Positions 28,586-43,068 of a DNA stretch of 64,000 bases are shown one piece after another (the stretch's first letter is position 1; every line of letters begins with the position of its first letter). The notes below the pieces were generated by a model. The model did not search any database. It saw only the letters and a list, made by a program, of their open reading frames with translations, and was not told the origin of the DNA. The DNA lies in the NCBI RefSeq assembly GCF_964355755.1, contig NC_092671.1, forward strand, positions 6,014,001 through 6,078,000, in the 5' to 3' direction. This DNA is from Antedon mediterranea. Its lineage: Eukaryota; Animalia; Echinodermata. Both the position numbers and the translations under genes were made by a program.

Positions 28586-28691
28586 CAGTGGCGTAACGCA
28601 TAGGGCAAAGGCCCCTGATTTAGCCCTCCAACGCTTCAGCTCTGTGACCCTTGGGTTTAACCAGTGAACGCTCATAGCAATTACACCACTG
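28586..28691. mobile_element. hAT-like MITE, 106 bp
   Basis: TIRs CAGTGGCGTAA / TTACACCACTG with a perfect 8-bp TSD TGGCATAT (28578-28585, 28692-28699). Confidence 0.85.
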
Positions 28692-29464
28692 TGGCATATA
28701 TGGCAGTTGCGACTGTTTTTAATTTTGATTTTATTACTGAATCTAATACAATACAGATAGAACATTTGACTAATTTGTAAGCATTTTGCGTTCCCCAATA
28801 TTCCAAAATCTTGCATCTGCAACTGGGTATACAAAAGTTCTTGATTCTGATGAACAAAAGTAAGTTGCCGGTTACAGTAAGTCTGTGATAAATACACTGT
28901 ATGCTAGGTAGTTTTACATGCAGTAATCATTTTATAATAAGACGATTGATAGTTGTAATTGCCATGCACATACGTTAGTAATTGTTATAGGATTAAATAC
29001 AAACAAGCCGAGCATTAGCTACCACCTACACAAAATTACTACTCACCTAATGTAAAAATCATTTCTTTAGGCCCATATGTTAAGCAGTATTTAGGGTTTT
29101 GAAATTGCGTGCAAGTTTAGTTACTTTTCAATATTCAATTTATAAAAAAATCATGTTTTTCCCCTATAATGATAATTTTTTATTGACATTATTATGTCAT
29201 AAAACAGTTTAATGCTATGTTAATTGAAGATTTTATAAAAATAGGATTTATTTGAAACTTACATATTCTCTATAAAAATTATATACTTTATATTTAAATT
29301 TTTAATCTATATAAAACAGGTTTGTACTATTCTCAAAAAAGGGGTGCCTAAAAACCAACTAAGTATTATCTTTACTATCTCGGAGGATGTCACCTTAATT
29401 TTACCCCTAAAACGTTATTAGTTGGTGAACTTGTAAACTTTCCCAGCCAAACTGGCCTCTTAGG

Positions 29465-29610
29465 GGAAATGTGATTGGCCACGTTCATGATGTTCGATAG
29501 ATTTTTAGTTGGTTAGCTTCCTCTTTTGGAGGCCTATGCTCAGTTGTATCTAGCTGATCAGGCAGTGTCAAGTTAGTGTCAATGCCCTTATGTGACCTTT
29601 TGCAGTATTA
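29465..29610 (+). promoter_or_regulatory. Candidate proximal promoter of the NR1H gene (CCAAT box, composite IR1/DR4)
   Basis: GTGATTGGCC at 29471 and GTGTCA-a-TGCCCT-tatg-TGACCT at 29576-29598, ~85 nt upstream of the exon 1b ATG. Confidence 0.5.
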
Positions 29611-29680
29611 GTTCTATGGCTGAACGCTACACACATCGAGCACATCTTGAAACAACAACTATTGTCTTTATTAACTTATC

Positions 29681-29711
29681 ATGGGACAGACATTGAATAC
29701 AACTACTACGA
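29681..29711 (+). CDS. NR1H: NR1H receptor, candidate alternative first coding exon 1b (MGQTLNTTTT-, phase 1)
   Basis: ATG in ATCATGG context at 29681 and consensus donor GA|GTAAGT at 29712. The 31-nt length gives phase 1, in frame with exon 2. A CCAAT box and an IR1/DR4 element lie upstream. Confidence 0.5.
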
Positions 29712-31659
29712 GTAAGTTAAGCATTTTTGTTTGATTTTAACTGTTTCTTGTTGGTTAATCATATAAACATAAGTATGATTGTATTGCTAAACGTTTCTTT
29801 AGGCCTAGGCTAGGCCTGCTGTTGTGTTTGTTGACAAAGTACAGGTTGAGGTTAGTTATGGTGTTTATTCTCTATACACTTCAACAGGTAGGATTGACTA
29901 TCCTACTGTACAACAGTCCAGCCCAATTATAATGAATGTTATTGCTAATTCTGGCAATACATTTATCATTTTTATATCTAACTATAGTATGTTATAATTA
30001 CTTATGATACTAGAGGCAGTAGTTAATAGGTGAATCTTTCGATTTTGTATTCAACGAAAACATTCAGTTATTTTAACATAGCAGCCATAAACAATTTCCA
30101 TTTGAAGGCTCTACTATTTTGAATGTTTAATGTTTTCTAATACAGGAAGTCTATTTTATTTATTCTTTTTATTCTGACAGTGTCAGTATTAAATTATACT
30201 ATATTTTATTAATTTTACATTTTGATTTAAATAATAGATTTATTAGTACATTTTCTTGCCATATTGGCTAATGTAGCAATTATTTAATAAAGTTCTCATT
30301 CGAATAAAATATTCATCAATCATGTTTCATTAAATTTAATAAACTAATAACAAAACATATTTATTCTGATTAATATTTGTTATTGATTTCGTATTTTTAA
30401 TGTCGCTTTCTGTAAAAATTCATATTCATTATTATCGGTGAACATACACTTCATACAATATTTATTGATTTTGAACATTCACACGATTCTGAGTCATCAG
30501 TATAGAATGCTATATGATCTTGTTTTACAGTACATTAGACCCTGTGATTTTAGGAATGGGAAGTCTTGTATAATATAATTATATAATAGTTTAGTATATT
30601 CAATATATTCTACCAACAGTATGTTGTTTAATGTCATGAATTCATCACAACACTGTGCAGTACACAACATCATGTCATGGTTTTAATGACATGAAGCCAT
30701 CACTTCAAGAAATAAAATATGTCATGTTGTTTTTTGATTTGTAGTATTTCTACAATTACTTTTCAAATTAAAGAATAATTGAAATTAATTGTGAAATAAA
30801 CATCTTCATTGTTGGAATTTGATATCACAGCATATATTATGTAATCATTGAAAACTAAATGGTGGTAATAAAAGTCTTGTGATGAGATGATAACTTTGGA
30901 AGAACATGATGGCATGTATGTCCAGCATTACATTAATAAATCTTAATCTGTAAGGCTGTTGGATTGTTCATTAGAATATCAATATCTTCCTTGTTTTTCA
31001 ATGATAAATACACAGTTTATTACACTGCTCTTACACATTCCAGCATGTATTGTACAGTGCAGAAAGGTCTATAAGTTCAATTCTAACAAACACGAATAAA
31101 TTACAGCAGCTGCTATGATTTTCCTGTGAACTGGCGTCTTTTCATTTGAATGCAATGTTTCTACATCAACTGCTACAAGGGACTTTTGGGCTTAACCCTT
31201 GCATCGACCCTGTTCCCTTAGCAACCGTTTCCTATCATAATTGCAAGCACCTTGTATTGTTGACCACACTGTTTCCCTTTTTAATGGCAGAAGAATTATT
31301 TTCCAATGAATCACATTTTTTTTGGTGATTTTTTTTTTGGATGAAATGTTTATACAAATTATAATTCTACAGTTACTGATAACATCTAGTAGTACAGTGT
31401 CAATATAGTCATCAAGTCCAAACTCCAAACCAGTTTATGTTGTTTTGTCATGCTAATTATATCATTAATTTTATACTGAGTTTATAATATTGTAATATCA
31501 AAAACATTTGCAATAATAATAATATTCTATTTATGCTATATATAATAATGGGTAGACTAAATGTAAGCGAAAATGTTTTAGTCTCAACGATTATAAGCAA
31601 CGTCTTAGTTAAGTTGAAGATGCTCTCCAGGTGGAATGCCATCCTGAGATGAGTAGTAG

Positions 31660-31757
31660 TATTTTGTCTTGTTTATTTTATTTCATTTATATGTAATTTT
31701 TACTTTCTATCGACCAGAGATTCGGAAATAAAAGATTGAATGAATGAATGAATGAAT
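31660..31757 (+). mobile_element. LINE-like 3' end remnant with (TGAA)n tail
   Basis: T-rich tract followed by GAAATAAAAGATTGAATGAATGAATGAATGAA, typical of CR1/L2-type tails. Confidence 0.4.
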
Positions 31758-33476
31758 ACAAAATTACAGAAATTGGAGTGAAAATAAGGGTCTACGTAGA
31801 TGAATGATGCGTAAAAATATTACCCAAGACTGGAAGATCCTCAAATTTAGTAAGATAAAAAGCACCACCAGATTGGCATTTCACATAGAATTCACATAAC
31901 ATTCTTTCGTATATCTGAAAGGGGTGTACAAAGTCCCAAATGATTGGCATATATGATATACATTTCCAGGTCTGGCTTCTGAAACCACACTAGATGGACA
32001 GTCATTTCATTTAAACTTTTTTATGGAATGATTAACCAATACGCACATTAGGAATAGCGCAAGCTTTACACTGCCCTCATCCCCATGCTCTCTGTGTATG
32101 TTGTTTCATAATTGTTGAAATACTGTACCATAGTTAGAATACAAATTGGGAATTATATCAAAAGGTATTGAATAAAATGTATAAAGCTGCGAAAACATTA
32201 ACTTGCCAATAGCAGTTTTATTTAGATTATTACCAAAGGGCCATTTTCTAAATTTAAATTGTGTTTTACAAACAAAATTCCTATAGGAAGTTGTTAGGAA
32301 GTGGAGGAAGAACGTAGTTGACCTGGTATATATGCCTCATTTCACCTGATTGGTTAAAAAATTACAGTTTAAAGATTGTAGATAAAATTATAATATGCAA
32401 TATAACTTGGAAAAATATTCATCTTACTATGAATGTATACTACAGTATTAAGTGGGTTGAACAGGGTGACCCAACCTAAGTTTGACCTGATCTGTTTATA
32501 ACTAGCTATTAACCGTTTAATGCTAACCTGCAATGAAGGGGTTTGACTTATTAATCCTATGTTTAAAATGTTGTCATATCTTTCAAGACCTTTGCACCAA
32601 ATCACCTTTAATATTTTTTTTTGTTTTAGGCCTGACCATCATATCACAAGCTCTATTACGACATGTTTATCGAGGTGTTTAAATTGTTGTTTTCTACGGA
32701 AACACAAATAAGTTGATTGAATATCTACAGTACTTTAAGATGACCAATTTATTATCATTAATGTTTTATTTTTAGATGTTCTTTTGATGGGATAATCTAC
32801 ATAAACTAATCCTTTAAGATTAACATTAATACTGATAAAAAGCCAGTTATTCTTGAAGTTTTATTTCTGTTTTTGGATTAGTAACTTTCTTATTTTATAT
32901 AGAAACACTTTATCTGGTAAACTACAAAATAGGATAACATTACATTTACAGATGTTGAATTTCACAAATGAGTCTATTTTGGCCATTCAATTAAGAAATA
33001 TTAACAAATGTATTTATACCGTATATCCCTGTATATTCCTACCCCCTATTTCACAACAGGCATATCCCTGAGTATAGTCCAAGTATTGACTTTTGGTCTG
33101 GATGTAGGCCTCTCTCTTGCCAGTTCATATGAGTTTTTATCAGAAATGCTTACAAATCATTTTTTTTCCTGAACCAGGATTTCCCTGGGTAAATAGTCCC
33201 ACCCCCAAAGTCGGCCAAATTTTGTGATCTAGGTGGGTGTGATTTTACCTACCAGAGGATATTCATTTGGTTATTCATTATTTAAATAAGATACATACAA
33301 CCAAACAACAATATTTTAATGTGAAAAGTCAATTTATACAAAGAAATTCAGATACCACCATACTAATTTAGATTCCTAAATCTAGTTTGGATGTTGGGCT
33401 TACCCTATACCTGCCTACAAAGATAACTTTACTACACAAGGTTTAGACAATAATGTAGGTTCATGTTTAGTTTAGC

Positions 33477-33626
33477 CTAGCAAAATGCTATACACATTTT
33501 CATAAAAAGGTTTTCCTAGCAAAATGCCATACGCTTTTTCATAAAAAAGTTTATCAGGTAGCAAAATGCCATACGCTTTTTCATAAAAAAGTTTATTCTA
33601 GCAAAATGCCATACTCTTTTTCATAC
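33477..33626. repeat. Minisatellite, ~40-bp unit, ~4 copies
   Basis: TAGCAAAATGCCATACGCTTTTTCATAAAAAAGTTT repeated. Confidence 0.9.
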
Positions 33627-34160
33627 AAATATGGCACATACTGTACTTTCTTCAATCTTTCTCATCTTTTCTCCTCGCTTCATTATCGGCCTCTTATAAC
33701 CTATTTTCCAGTAGGTTTGTTAAATTTGTTTTCAAATACATGATCTATGCAACAATTCACATGTTTTAACAACACATTTTAACATTTATAAGATAATTGC
33801 GTCAAACAAACCACAACCTTACTGGAACAGGCTAGGCCTAATCCAGCTGAAATCTATTTGTCTTTTTAGATGCTGTTTTAATGCTAATAATATCCATCTT
33901 AAATCAACCATGATCAAGTCTCCTCTTAGAAATCTACTTAACAGCGTCATTCTGCGTCCATCATTTGCGTATTGATTGATTAATTCTTAATTAACAGATT
34001 TACCTTAATCGTCTGTTCAGAGCTATTTTGGTTTTTAAGTAAATGGACATAACATTTTTTTTATATACCGTATTCTATAATGTAATTATTTGTTTTAAGC
34101 ATTATGATTCTACTTTATTGTTCAACATGTTTTATAATAAATTGAAAAAGACATTTTAAT

Positions 34161-34296
34161 AAGTCTACCCTATCAAACTAGTTAAACAAAAAAAGTATGA
34201 TGTGCTCAAATATGATAGTGATATACCCAAATATGGTAGTGATATGACATCATCATTTTTTGTTCACATAAAATTTGATAGTGTAGACATATAGCT
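34161..34296. mobile_element. Same MITE family, copy 3 (degenerate)
   Basis: GTCTACCCTATCAAACTAG ... CCCAAATATGGTAGTGATATGACATCATCA ... TTTGATAGTGTAGACA. Confidence 0.72.
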
Positions 34297-34385
34297 TAGA
34301 GTTGTTTCACATGGAAGGATGTTTGTTTATATAATAATAATAAATTATCCACATAGATTATTCCTTATATTATACATTACTAATA

Positions 34386-35154
34386 CAGTCGACTCCGCCC
34401 AAGTCGAATTCGCGTAAGTCGAAAAATCGCGAAAGTCGAATTTTTAGGAAAGTCCCAATTCTTTCCTATACATTACTGTGTAATTTTTATTTCTAAGTCG
34501 AATTTTTCTAAGTCGAAATTCGTCTAAGTCGACGTCTTTTTGCGGTCCGAATACCCACATTCTTTAGTGATTTATATCGTATAAGTCGAAGTCACAAATT
34601 ACGCGGCAACAACGCGTTAAAAAAGCCGATGAAACGTACGTAATTCGATAAACAAACAACAGAGGGGATAATGTGGGACCATATCGGTTCTCTCAAGCAG
34701 GTTGTATAGTGTAGGCGGCGTCCTACAACTCACGCTAGTGTATAGTGTATGAGTTGTTTCAGAGTTGAGAACTTGAGCGGCGTTTTGTGGGTACCTATTT
34801 TGTGCTAGACAGATGGCAATAAACAATAATGGATACCGATTTCGAATAACAACCGAAATGTATTTATTATACGTTTTTGTATTGTTTCGGAAAAATACAG
34901 TTTATCATTGCCGATAAAGAGGCTGAGCAGTTATTAGGCCGAGCAGTTATTAGGCCTAGCTAGCTAGCTAATCAAACTCAATTCAAGAAGGCTCATCGCG
35001 TGGGCCGCGATCGCAACAGGGCAGGGTCCACTAGGCCTAGCCATAGCGCAGCTAGTAAGTGAACCTAGGCCTAGGCCTAGCATTTTTTTGGCAAATCTGT
35101 AAGTCGAAGTTCGCGTAACTCGAATTTTTATACCGGTCCCATTAGAGGCGACTG
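34386..35154. mobile_element. pogo/Tigger-like (Tc1/mariner) MITE
   Basis: TA|CAGTCGACTC ... GAGGCGACTG|TA, with many subterminal AAGTCGAA repeats near both ends. The right TIR appears internally deleted. Confidence 0.8.
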
Positions 35155-38100
35155 TATTATTATTAATGGGCTGATGCCAGGGTAAGTCCTTTTTTTTTCA
35201 TGTTCAAATCATCTATGCCTTTTATTGACATTACAATTACATACAGTATTTATATTTACTTTAGGAGGTAGTGAAAAAAACTCGCACACATTCACTCCTT
35301 TTATAGGCACCCCACGTTTGTTGATATCTTTTCTTCACCTTGCTATATTATAATAATACTGTACAATGTTCCAATACATAACAATCACGTTCAATGAACG
35401 TCTGTTTGAGGTCCCATTCATGCATTGATAATACTGGTATAGAAAAGCTAGGCAGGGTCTACCAAGTAGCGCATACTCAATTACCCAGACACAATAATGC
35501 AGTGAAACAGCCCCACATTTTACCTTGCGACTTTAGTGTGATTTCTCACGCCTGATGCGTGAACCATTCAGAAAAAATTTGCAAGTTATTATGGTGCATA
35601 ATGATCTGCTGGTTACAATTAGTATTGTTTTCTATTCTTTTTAAAATAATATGGTAAAATTTAAAGTAAAGTTGGTTTTCATTTAAATACATTGTGTTGA
35701 AATCAATTATCAAAATAGAATAATCAAAATTTCGTACTGTATGCATTTGTTCAAAAATTCTAAATCACGTACTCCATACATTCATTCGTCTATTCATTTG
35801 TTTATTCATTAATTTCATCTTTCAATATTTCATTTTATTCATCTCGCCACTCGCTATCATATTTTCAATTTTTTTTTTTATAGCATTTTTATAACATTTG
35901 TCTTATTTTTTCCTAAACTTATTTTTCCTGAGTAAAGTACAAGGACATATATTTCATGACCTCGTGTCTGCGCATTTATGACATTCTATTAATTGATGTA
36001 ACATTTTTCATTGCGATTGTACTAATTTGATTACGATGTATCAATGTAAGGTGTACCTCTTCCTGTAATATCATGAATCTGCGGGTATGTCGTAATTAAA
36101 AAAGCGGACGGTACTTAATCTGGTTATACGTGATTCGATCCGATTACCAGACTGTCTATTAATCCTGTACGAGCGTTATCAAGGAATTTGATTAAAATAA
36201 TTCCTGGACTTTTTTGTACTATTTTGATAGTATTTGAGATTTATCTGTACTGTGTTTTGTATTGGGGCAAATGTTTTTCTTGAGAGATTATTCAATGTTG
36301 GCATCTATACTTTTTTATTCAGGCTTTATGTACAAGTATACCCATATTGTTACAGTTTCTTATATGTGCCTCTATTCCTTGAATGTACCCTTGCCCCTTT
36401 AATGTTCCCCCTCCCACACATATTAAGATGAACTCTAGTCTAGACAAGCACTTTTGTTTACCGTAATTATCATGCCACCTAGGCCAAGGGTATTTAGTGG
36501 TTAAGTTTACTCTCAATCTCATCTATATTGGCTGTAGTTAGAGTTTTCTAGCTTAATGCAGAATCACAGTTAATATGAACAAAATATTAAAAAATCCAAA
36601 TATGTAAACGTGTGGTAAAAGAATTGTATTTGCTAATTTTTCAAATGTTCTGAATTATTCGAATTTTCAATGGTAGGCAAAATATTATATATAGTATTGT
36701 TTATAGTAGTATTCCAACATTTTTATATTTTTATATTGAAACCAGAACATACTTTACGTTTTTGCTTCTTATTAAAGGCTCTTCATGTGTCTATTTATAA
36801 GAGAATAAATCGATATACTAACAATATTCCCAATGGGGTTAGCATAGGTTTGATTTGACAATGCTAGGCTGCAGTGGAATGATGTGATTTTAAACAAATG
36901 TTTCAAACCAGCTGCCTTCCCAGTGAACTTATCACCACACTGTAGCCACCAGAGGAATTAAAATACTCACCAATAGTACTTATTAGATTCTCTCTGCGTT
37001 ATCAATCTGAATCGTCTAAAGAAATCATCCAGGTAGAAAATCGTAATGAAATTGAGGCCTGTGTGTTATCGACGCAGCAATATATTAATCGAAAGTGCTG
37101 TGAACCGGGTCAAAAAAGTAGACCGCAAGAAGGCTAAGATAACAGCACCACCTCTGCCCATGTTGAGACAAAAACATTAGATGATAAATGTATTGATTAA
37201 TCTGTTCTTATTCCAGTAATCAGAGTTTCTGCGTGTAATTAAACTGGTTTAATTTAATAATTATTAAAAACTAGTAATGGCTTTTCATAATCATTGTATA
37301 ATTGTCTATGTAGTAAATAATTAATATACTAAGCAAACGACTTAAAAAGCATTTGGTCCATCTGAAAAAATGTGTTACCTGAAAGAGATTGTGCATATCC
37401 TAGTGAATGTAATCGTTAGAATACAAAAGTTTAAGCATAAATTATTTTAAAAGTAGTACCATATTTCAGTTTCAACAAAAATATTGTCAACATATTTTTT
37501 TTTTAATGTTGAGGGCAAAAAAAGAGAAAAAAAAACTTTCTTCATCTCGTTCTAAGATTGTTCGACATTAATACTGTAATAACTAATGACTCTAGTAGAG
37601 AAAACAATCCGAAAATAAGATGATTAAAAATAAGTTTGTTAAAGATTGCTGTCTGGCTCCTAGAGCATGATGGGAATGATTAATCAAGATAACCGAGACA
37701 GCTGACAACACAGTGACAGCGTTCAAAACCTGCTGATTCACAACACAACAAATTAATGAAATCTCCAAACACATGTTGTTACTGCACAAATAAGTGTTGA
37801 TCCTATAGTAGGCATGGGACATCCCATTTCGTTGTCCGCTGTCCTCTCCACGGAGTGAATTAATCGGGTAGTGAGCTATCGCTACCCTCACAGTGAAGCA
37901 TCCTGATCAGGTGGTGAGATGACACTGTTATGTACTAATTGATTTATCGAGATGGATTGAATTTACCATAGATCAGACAGCATGTTGGATAATAGTTTAA
38001 TACTCTATGTGAATCATACAGCATGTTTTATAATAATAGTTGATGTCCAGTATTTAAGTTTCGTTTCAATGGAATTTATACAATTGATGGCGGAATGTAT

Positions 38101-41100
38101 AATCGATCAATATTTACTAGAATTACAGTTGATCCATTTCAACCTAATGTGCAAACTGAATGGAAAGAAATTAAACAAAATATATTTTAATTGTATATAG
38201 ATAAAAATTATTTAAATAAATAATACAGTGTGTATAAATGAAGATACACAGTATACAGGGAGATATTAATTTATTTATTTTTATCCTTGATATCAGGCCC
38301 TGATGATGGAATATGCCCAAATATGAATACATTTGATGCAGTTTGTTTGCAACTTAATTCCTTTTAATTAAGATTTTATAAAAATTAATTTTGTTGATTA
38401 AATATAAATACATTAGAAAGTGTTCTTTATTGTATTGAACAATAAACATTATTTTGTAGCTAATACATGTTACTTTAAACATTAAAGTTCAAGTAAAGTA
38501 TAAGACATAGTCATTGTCTAAATCTTTCAATCAATTCATGTTCTTCTTTTAAAGTTACAATAACCAATCTCTGATATATCTACTTGATCAAAATTAGTAG
38601 CCTAGTATTAGTAGATGTAGGTATGTGAGCCTTTTATGTTACTACACTAGAAATGATAAGAATATCTTATCACCATAGGAATAATGAATGTTACAGTATT
38701 GAAGAACCTGTTCTGTCCCTCTGAACCAATCAGATCCAATCTTTTAGCCAAGTTAGTGATCACATCATTTGCATAATAGATAGATTTTCCTGATGTTGTT
38801 TATGAAGAATCAGTTACAAGGTCCTTAGGGTATTCTAGACAGTTGGCATACTTTTTTTATAAACCAACAAGGGGTATATAAACCCATCGAGGCTTGTGAT
38901 CATTGGTACCAAACAGACAGGGGTAATAGATTTTTTTGAGGAACTATGTTGAAAGCCAGTATGTTACCGAGTTTTCAGAGTTGGGCATCTAAATGTGAGT
39001 GGACCGGTGTTTAAGAATTTTGTTGGTGTAGAATGTTGTCTGCAGTTGGTGGTAACCATTTTTCTTTTTATACCTATTCCATTAGGCATACTTCAGAGAC
39101 TTAGAAATACCCTAGACATTGGAAATGTGTTTGCATAAATTTGCGTGGTGTTATTTATAGTTTAACTGAAATGTATTGTGTGCATATACAGTAGAGTGTA
39201 AGACTAAACATTGAATATAAATCATTTTCTATCTGCATTTAAGAATAATTAGAACATTAAAAAGGATACTGTTGTTGATATTTGAGCATGACGTGCTTAG
39301 TGATTAGTAGATGGATCTTTGGTAGACACTTTAAACATAATTAATACTGTTTACCTCATCTTGTATCCTGTTTTATGTCATTTGAATATTAAAGTTATGG
39401 AAACACCATAATAACAAATAAAAACTTACAAGAAATAATGCAACACCGTATAATCTCGTTAGCTGTAATTACCCAACATTCAACATTTTTATTTGTATAA
39501 TATGAATGTAATAATATACTTGATATGATTTATCAAAGTTCATTTTGATATTTGTTGCAAAATTATTTGGTTAGCAGGTTGCAGATCTTGTGTGATCTGA
39601 TTATATAGTAAAAAGTGTACTACTAATACTACTACACTGTTCTGGCAAAATTATGTTTGAAAATATAAATGGTAATCCATGACACCCACAGTGTATCAGT
39701 TATCAGTGAAGTGGGAGCAGCCAATCCCTTATTTTTATGAATAGTACACAGTGAATAATGTTATCATGGGACCAGGTTGTACCGATGTATCTCAGTGATG
39801 GGACCAACAACTTTATGTCCCATCTGAAGAAGTATAGAATATACATTTTTCTAAAAATTGTATAGTTTTTAGAATGTAAAGTTGATACCCTATAGAATAG
39901 TCTGGTATAAATATTTATTATTTTGTTAAAACTGGCTCTCATGTCTTCAACCTTGAACTCATTGAGGTAAAGAAAGTGGTGTTACTGCACATATCCTATC
40001 TAGGGTACCTTAATGCTCATGTCAATTGCAACCAGATATACAAGCTGAATATTCCAGCTTCCTGTCAGAGGCATAACTTCATAAGTGATTTATCTGAAGT
40101 TTTTGGAATTTAAGAGCCAGGCCTCATATATATGGGATTAATTTATTGATTTATAAAGATTGCCAAAGAGCCAGACCTCATATATGGAGTTAATTTATGG
40201 ATTTAAAGTTTCATCACTGTAGTACTCAGCACACTATTGCATTTATTTAATACTGAGGCATCTCTGGGGTTTTAATTTCAGTATAAAATCAGTAAAATAC
40301 TCACTCACCATCATATATTTTGGGGAAATTCTTGGTTTAGGCATCTCTGGGCTTTTAATTTATGGATAAAATCAGTAAAATACCTAAATAGTCACAGCCC
40401 TACATCTTGTTTTTTATCCACTTAAAATAACTTAATGTTAAAAAATTAAGAACTTTTAGAAGAAAAATAAAGTAGATTTGTTATTGCAACATGAACAGAC
40501 ATGATGTCTATCTGTTTTGTTCAATATTATTTCTAAAACATGAAAATGAATGATGTTTTTATCAACTTTTGTCAGTTTCCATCAGGAGTTCAAAGATCAT
40601 AGTATTATATTTTAGTTCAATATGAATGTGTTATAACATGGCAATATATAATACTGCCCTACAATACTGTCTTATGTTTACCTATTCCCACGCAACAGAA
40701 ACAGTGATTAAGTATTTATTCTTCCCCTGATGTCAACTCAAGAGGTCATGTAACATTTACAGTGTTATGGATCATCACAAACTGTATGTTCTATATGTTG
40801 GAATTGTGGGTAATATTTTTATAATGAATTTTTTGGTTAATATTTCTGAAGTAAATGGCATTGAAAATGTAAGATGGATTATAAATAGACATAAATCATT
40901 ACTTTTATGATGTTTATTAAAAAATATATATAGCTTTATATACAACATATTATATTATAAAGCAAATACAAATTACCATGTGAGGCTTATTTGCAAACAT
41001 GTTTGCGTAATTTCTTACACGTCTCGTACTGTTTATATTTTTTTAAATTTTTAGTATTTCATTTCCAAAAAATGGTTTATTTCTTTATGCACCAGAAGGA

Positions 41101-41119
41101 GAGTACTTACATAGTGACT

Positions 41120-41226
41120 TCGTCACTTTTCTACAATCCGCCAGACTGGTGTTTTCTTGTGTTTGTATTTTTGATTGTATTATTATATGTCTTCTGGAAA
41201 ATAAATGAATTGAATTGAATTGAATT
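41120..41226 (+). mobile_element. LINE-like 3' end remnant with (TGAAT)n tail
   Basis: TG/T-rich tract followed by GAAAATAAATGAATTGAATTGAATTGAATT. Confidence 0.4.
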
Positions 41227-41781
41227 TCTTATAGCAACTGTATAATACCATTTTGTATAAAATTTCTTAATAATTTGCACTTCATAAATATTGTTATTTT
41301 ATACAGTATAGTTTCTTTATATGAAGTTTACAGAAATATTTAAACTGTTAACTATAACTTCTAATTTTTAATTTTTAGCCCAAATCTTCATGCAAATGTT
41401 CCTATTTGGATATAATATTACCCATCAGCATTGCAATAATATAAATATAATAATAATAATAATAATAATAATGAAATGTTAAACTGAAAGTAAAATTATT
41501 TTTTTATATTACAATAATAAATCTTTCCAGTGTATATAAATGTCCTTCTTTCTTTATTTCTATTTATCCTACACAATCATAAACATACAGTAAGTAAGTA
41601 AGTAAGCATAGTACAAAAACAAACAAAAAATGGAAAGGAGGAATCTTGGAAGCATGTCTTATACAAGTAGAAACCCCCTACAAAACAATATATATAGAAG
41701 TATGATTACAATATGAATTAAAGCATGATACATTTTTGCAAAATGATATTATAAACACCTTTATAAATTTATATTTTACAG

Positions 41782-42060
41782 ATCCTTTGACGCAGCAGGT
41801 AAAAAAAGAGCCTCCAGATGGAGGTTACGAAACGTTTTCCTCGTATCCCCACCACGGGGATATGAGGTCAGGGGGAATAATCCCTGCATCTCAAGTTTCC
41901 CCTTCTTCTACCTCACAAACATCCCCGATGATGGATGGACAAACGATAGCTAAAAGGCGGAAGGGGCCGGCACCACGTATGGACCTAGAGTTATGTTTAG
42001 TCTGTGGTGATCGCGCATCTGGGTTCCATTATAATGCTCTAAGCTGTGAGGGATGTAAAG
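41782..42060 (+). CDS. NR1H: NR1H receptor exon 2: A/B region and first zinc finger
   Basis: Acceptor TTTTACAG|AT and donor AAAG|GTACTA. Encodes ...[35 protein letters not shown], matching the KGPAP-x-ELC motif of EcR/LXR. Confidence 0.95.
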
Positions 42061-42927
42061 GTACTATATATCATTAATGTTTTTTGTATGTTTCTGTACA
42101 AGTGTGATTGTGACAACATTTGAGAATTTAAAACTATTTTAGTATGTGACATTTACTATACTTCACCACCTCTCTGCATCTCCTCTCATTTCTACTCCCT
42201 CTTTCCTCACAAATTACTTTTTATTCCATCTTTCCCACTTTTTCAATCCATTCTACACCCATTTCATAATCTTAGGTTTTCTTTACTGGTCTACAATTAT
42301 TTACCCCCAAAATATATTCTTAGCTTTTTCACAACATTTAGGCTTTAATGGATGTTTTAACAATACAATAAAATACAATTACATTTATTCATTAAATCAC
42401 AAATAAAATAATAGTACATGTACAATGATTCAAGAAAATGATGAAATCATGTTCTTGAGCAACTACTAGGTGTCTAGATATAAAGTTGTCCTCATTTAGG
42501 GTTCATTGTTTATTGGCGAACGAAGCAAAGAAATTGTTTACACTAAATTTTAGAAATGTTATCACACATATGTTGTGATGTTACATTCATGTGAATGTTT
42601 CTGAAAATTATAGACATAAAGGTTAAGAGTGAGTCTGAGTACCGTATGTTATAATACCTTAGAGATGCATAAATTTATCTTATATGCAAGTTGTCTTTTA
42701 CATTTTAACAAAAATGGCAAACAATGATTTTAATTAATAAAGTGTTACAGTAAAATAAAATAAATTTTTAATTTTATTATATTTTGCAATATGATTTATG
42801 ATTTATTTAATTCATTTGGTACGTACATGGATTGTATTTGAAATATAATATTATTCTTCTTAAATTTATGTTCGATTTGAAAACAAGTTTTTTGTATATT
42901 TAATCAAAAGGTGTGTTTTTAATCTAG

Positions 42928-43068
42928 GTTTTTTCCGACGAAGTATCACAAAAAATGCAGTATATAAATGCACAAGAGGAGGCAATTGCGAGATGGATAT
43001 GTACATGAGACGGAAATGTCAAGAATGTCGTTTACGAAAGTGTCGCGACGTAGGGATGTTAGCAGAAT
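42928..43068 (+). CDS. NR1H: NR1H receptor exon 3: second zinc finger
   Basis: Acceptor AATCTAG|GT and donor AAT|GTGAGT. Encodes [47 protein letters not shown]; absent from the ORF track. Confidence 0.96.

Noticed and set aside
29681-29701. N-myristoylation signal in isoform 1b (MGQTLNT)
   Set aside because: Gly2 is present, but position 6 is Asn rather than the favoured Ser/Thr, and the exon itself is unconfirmed.
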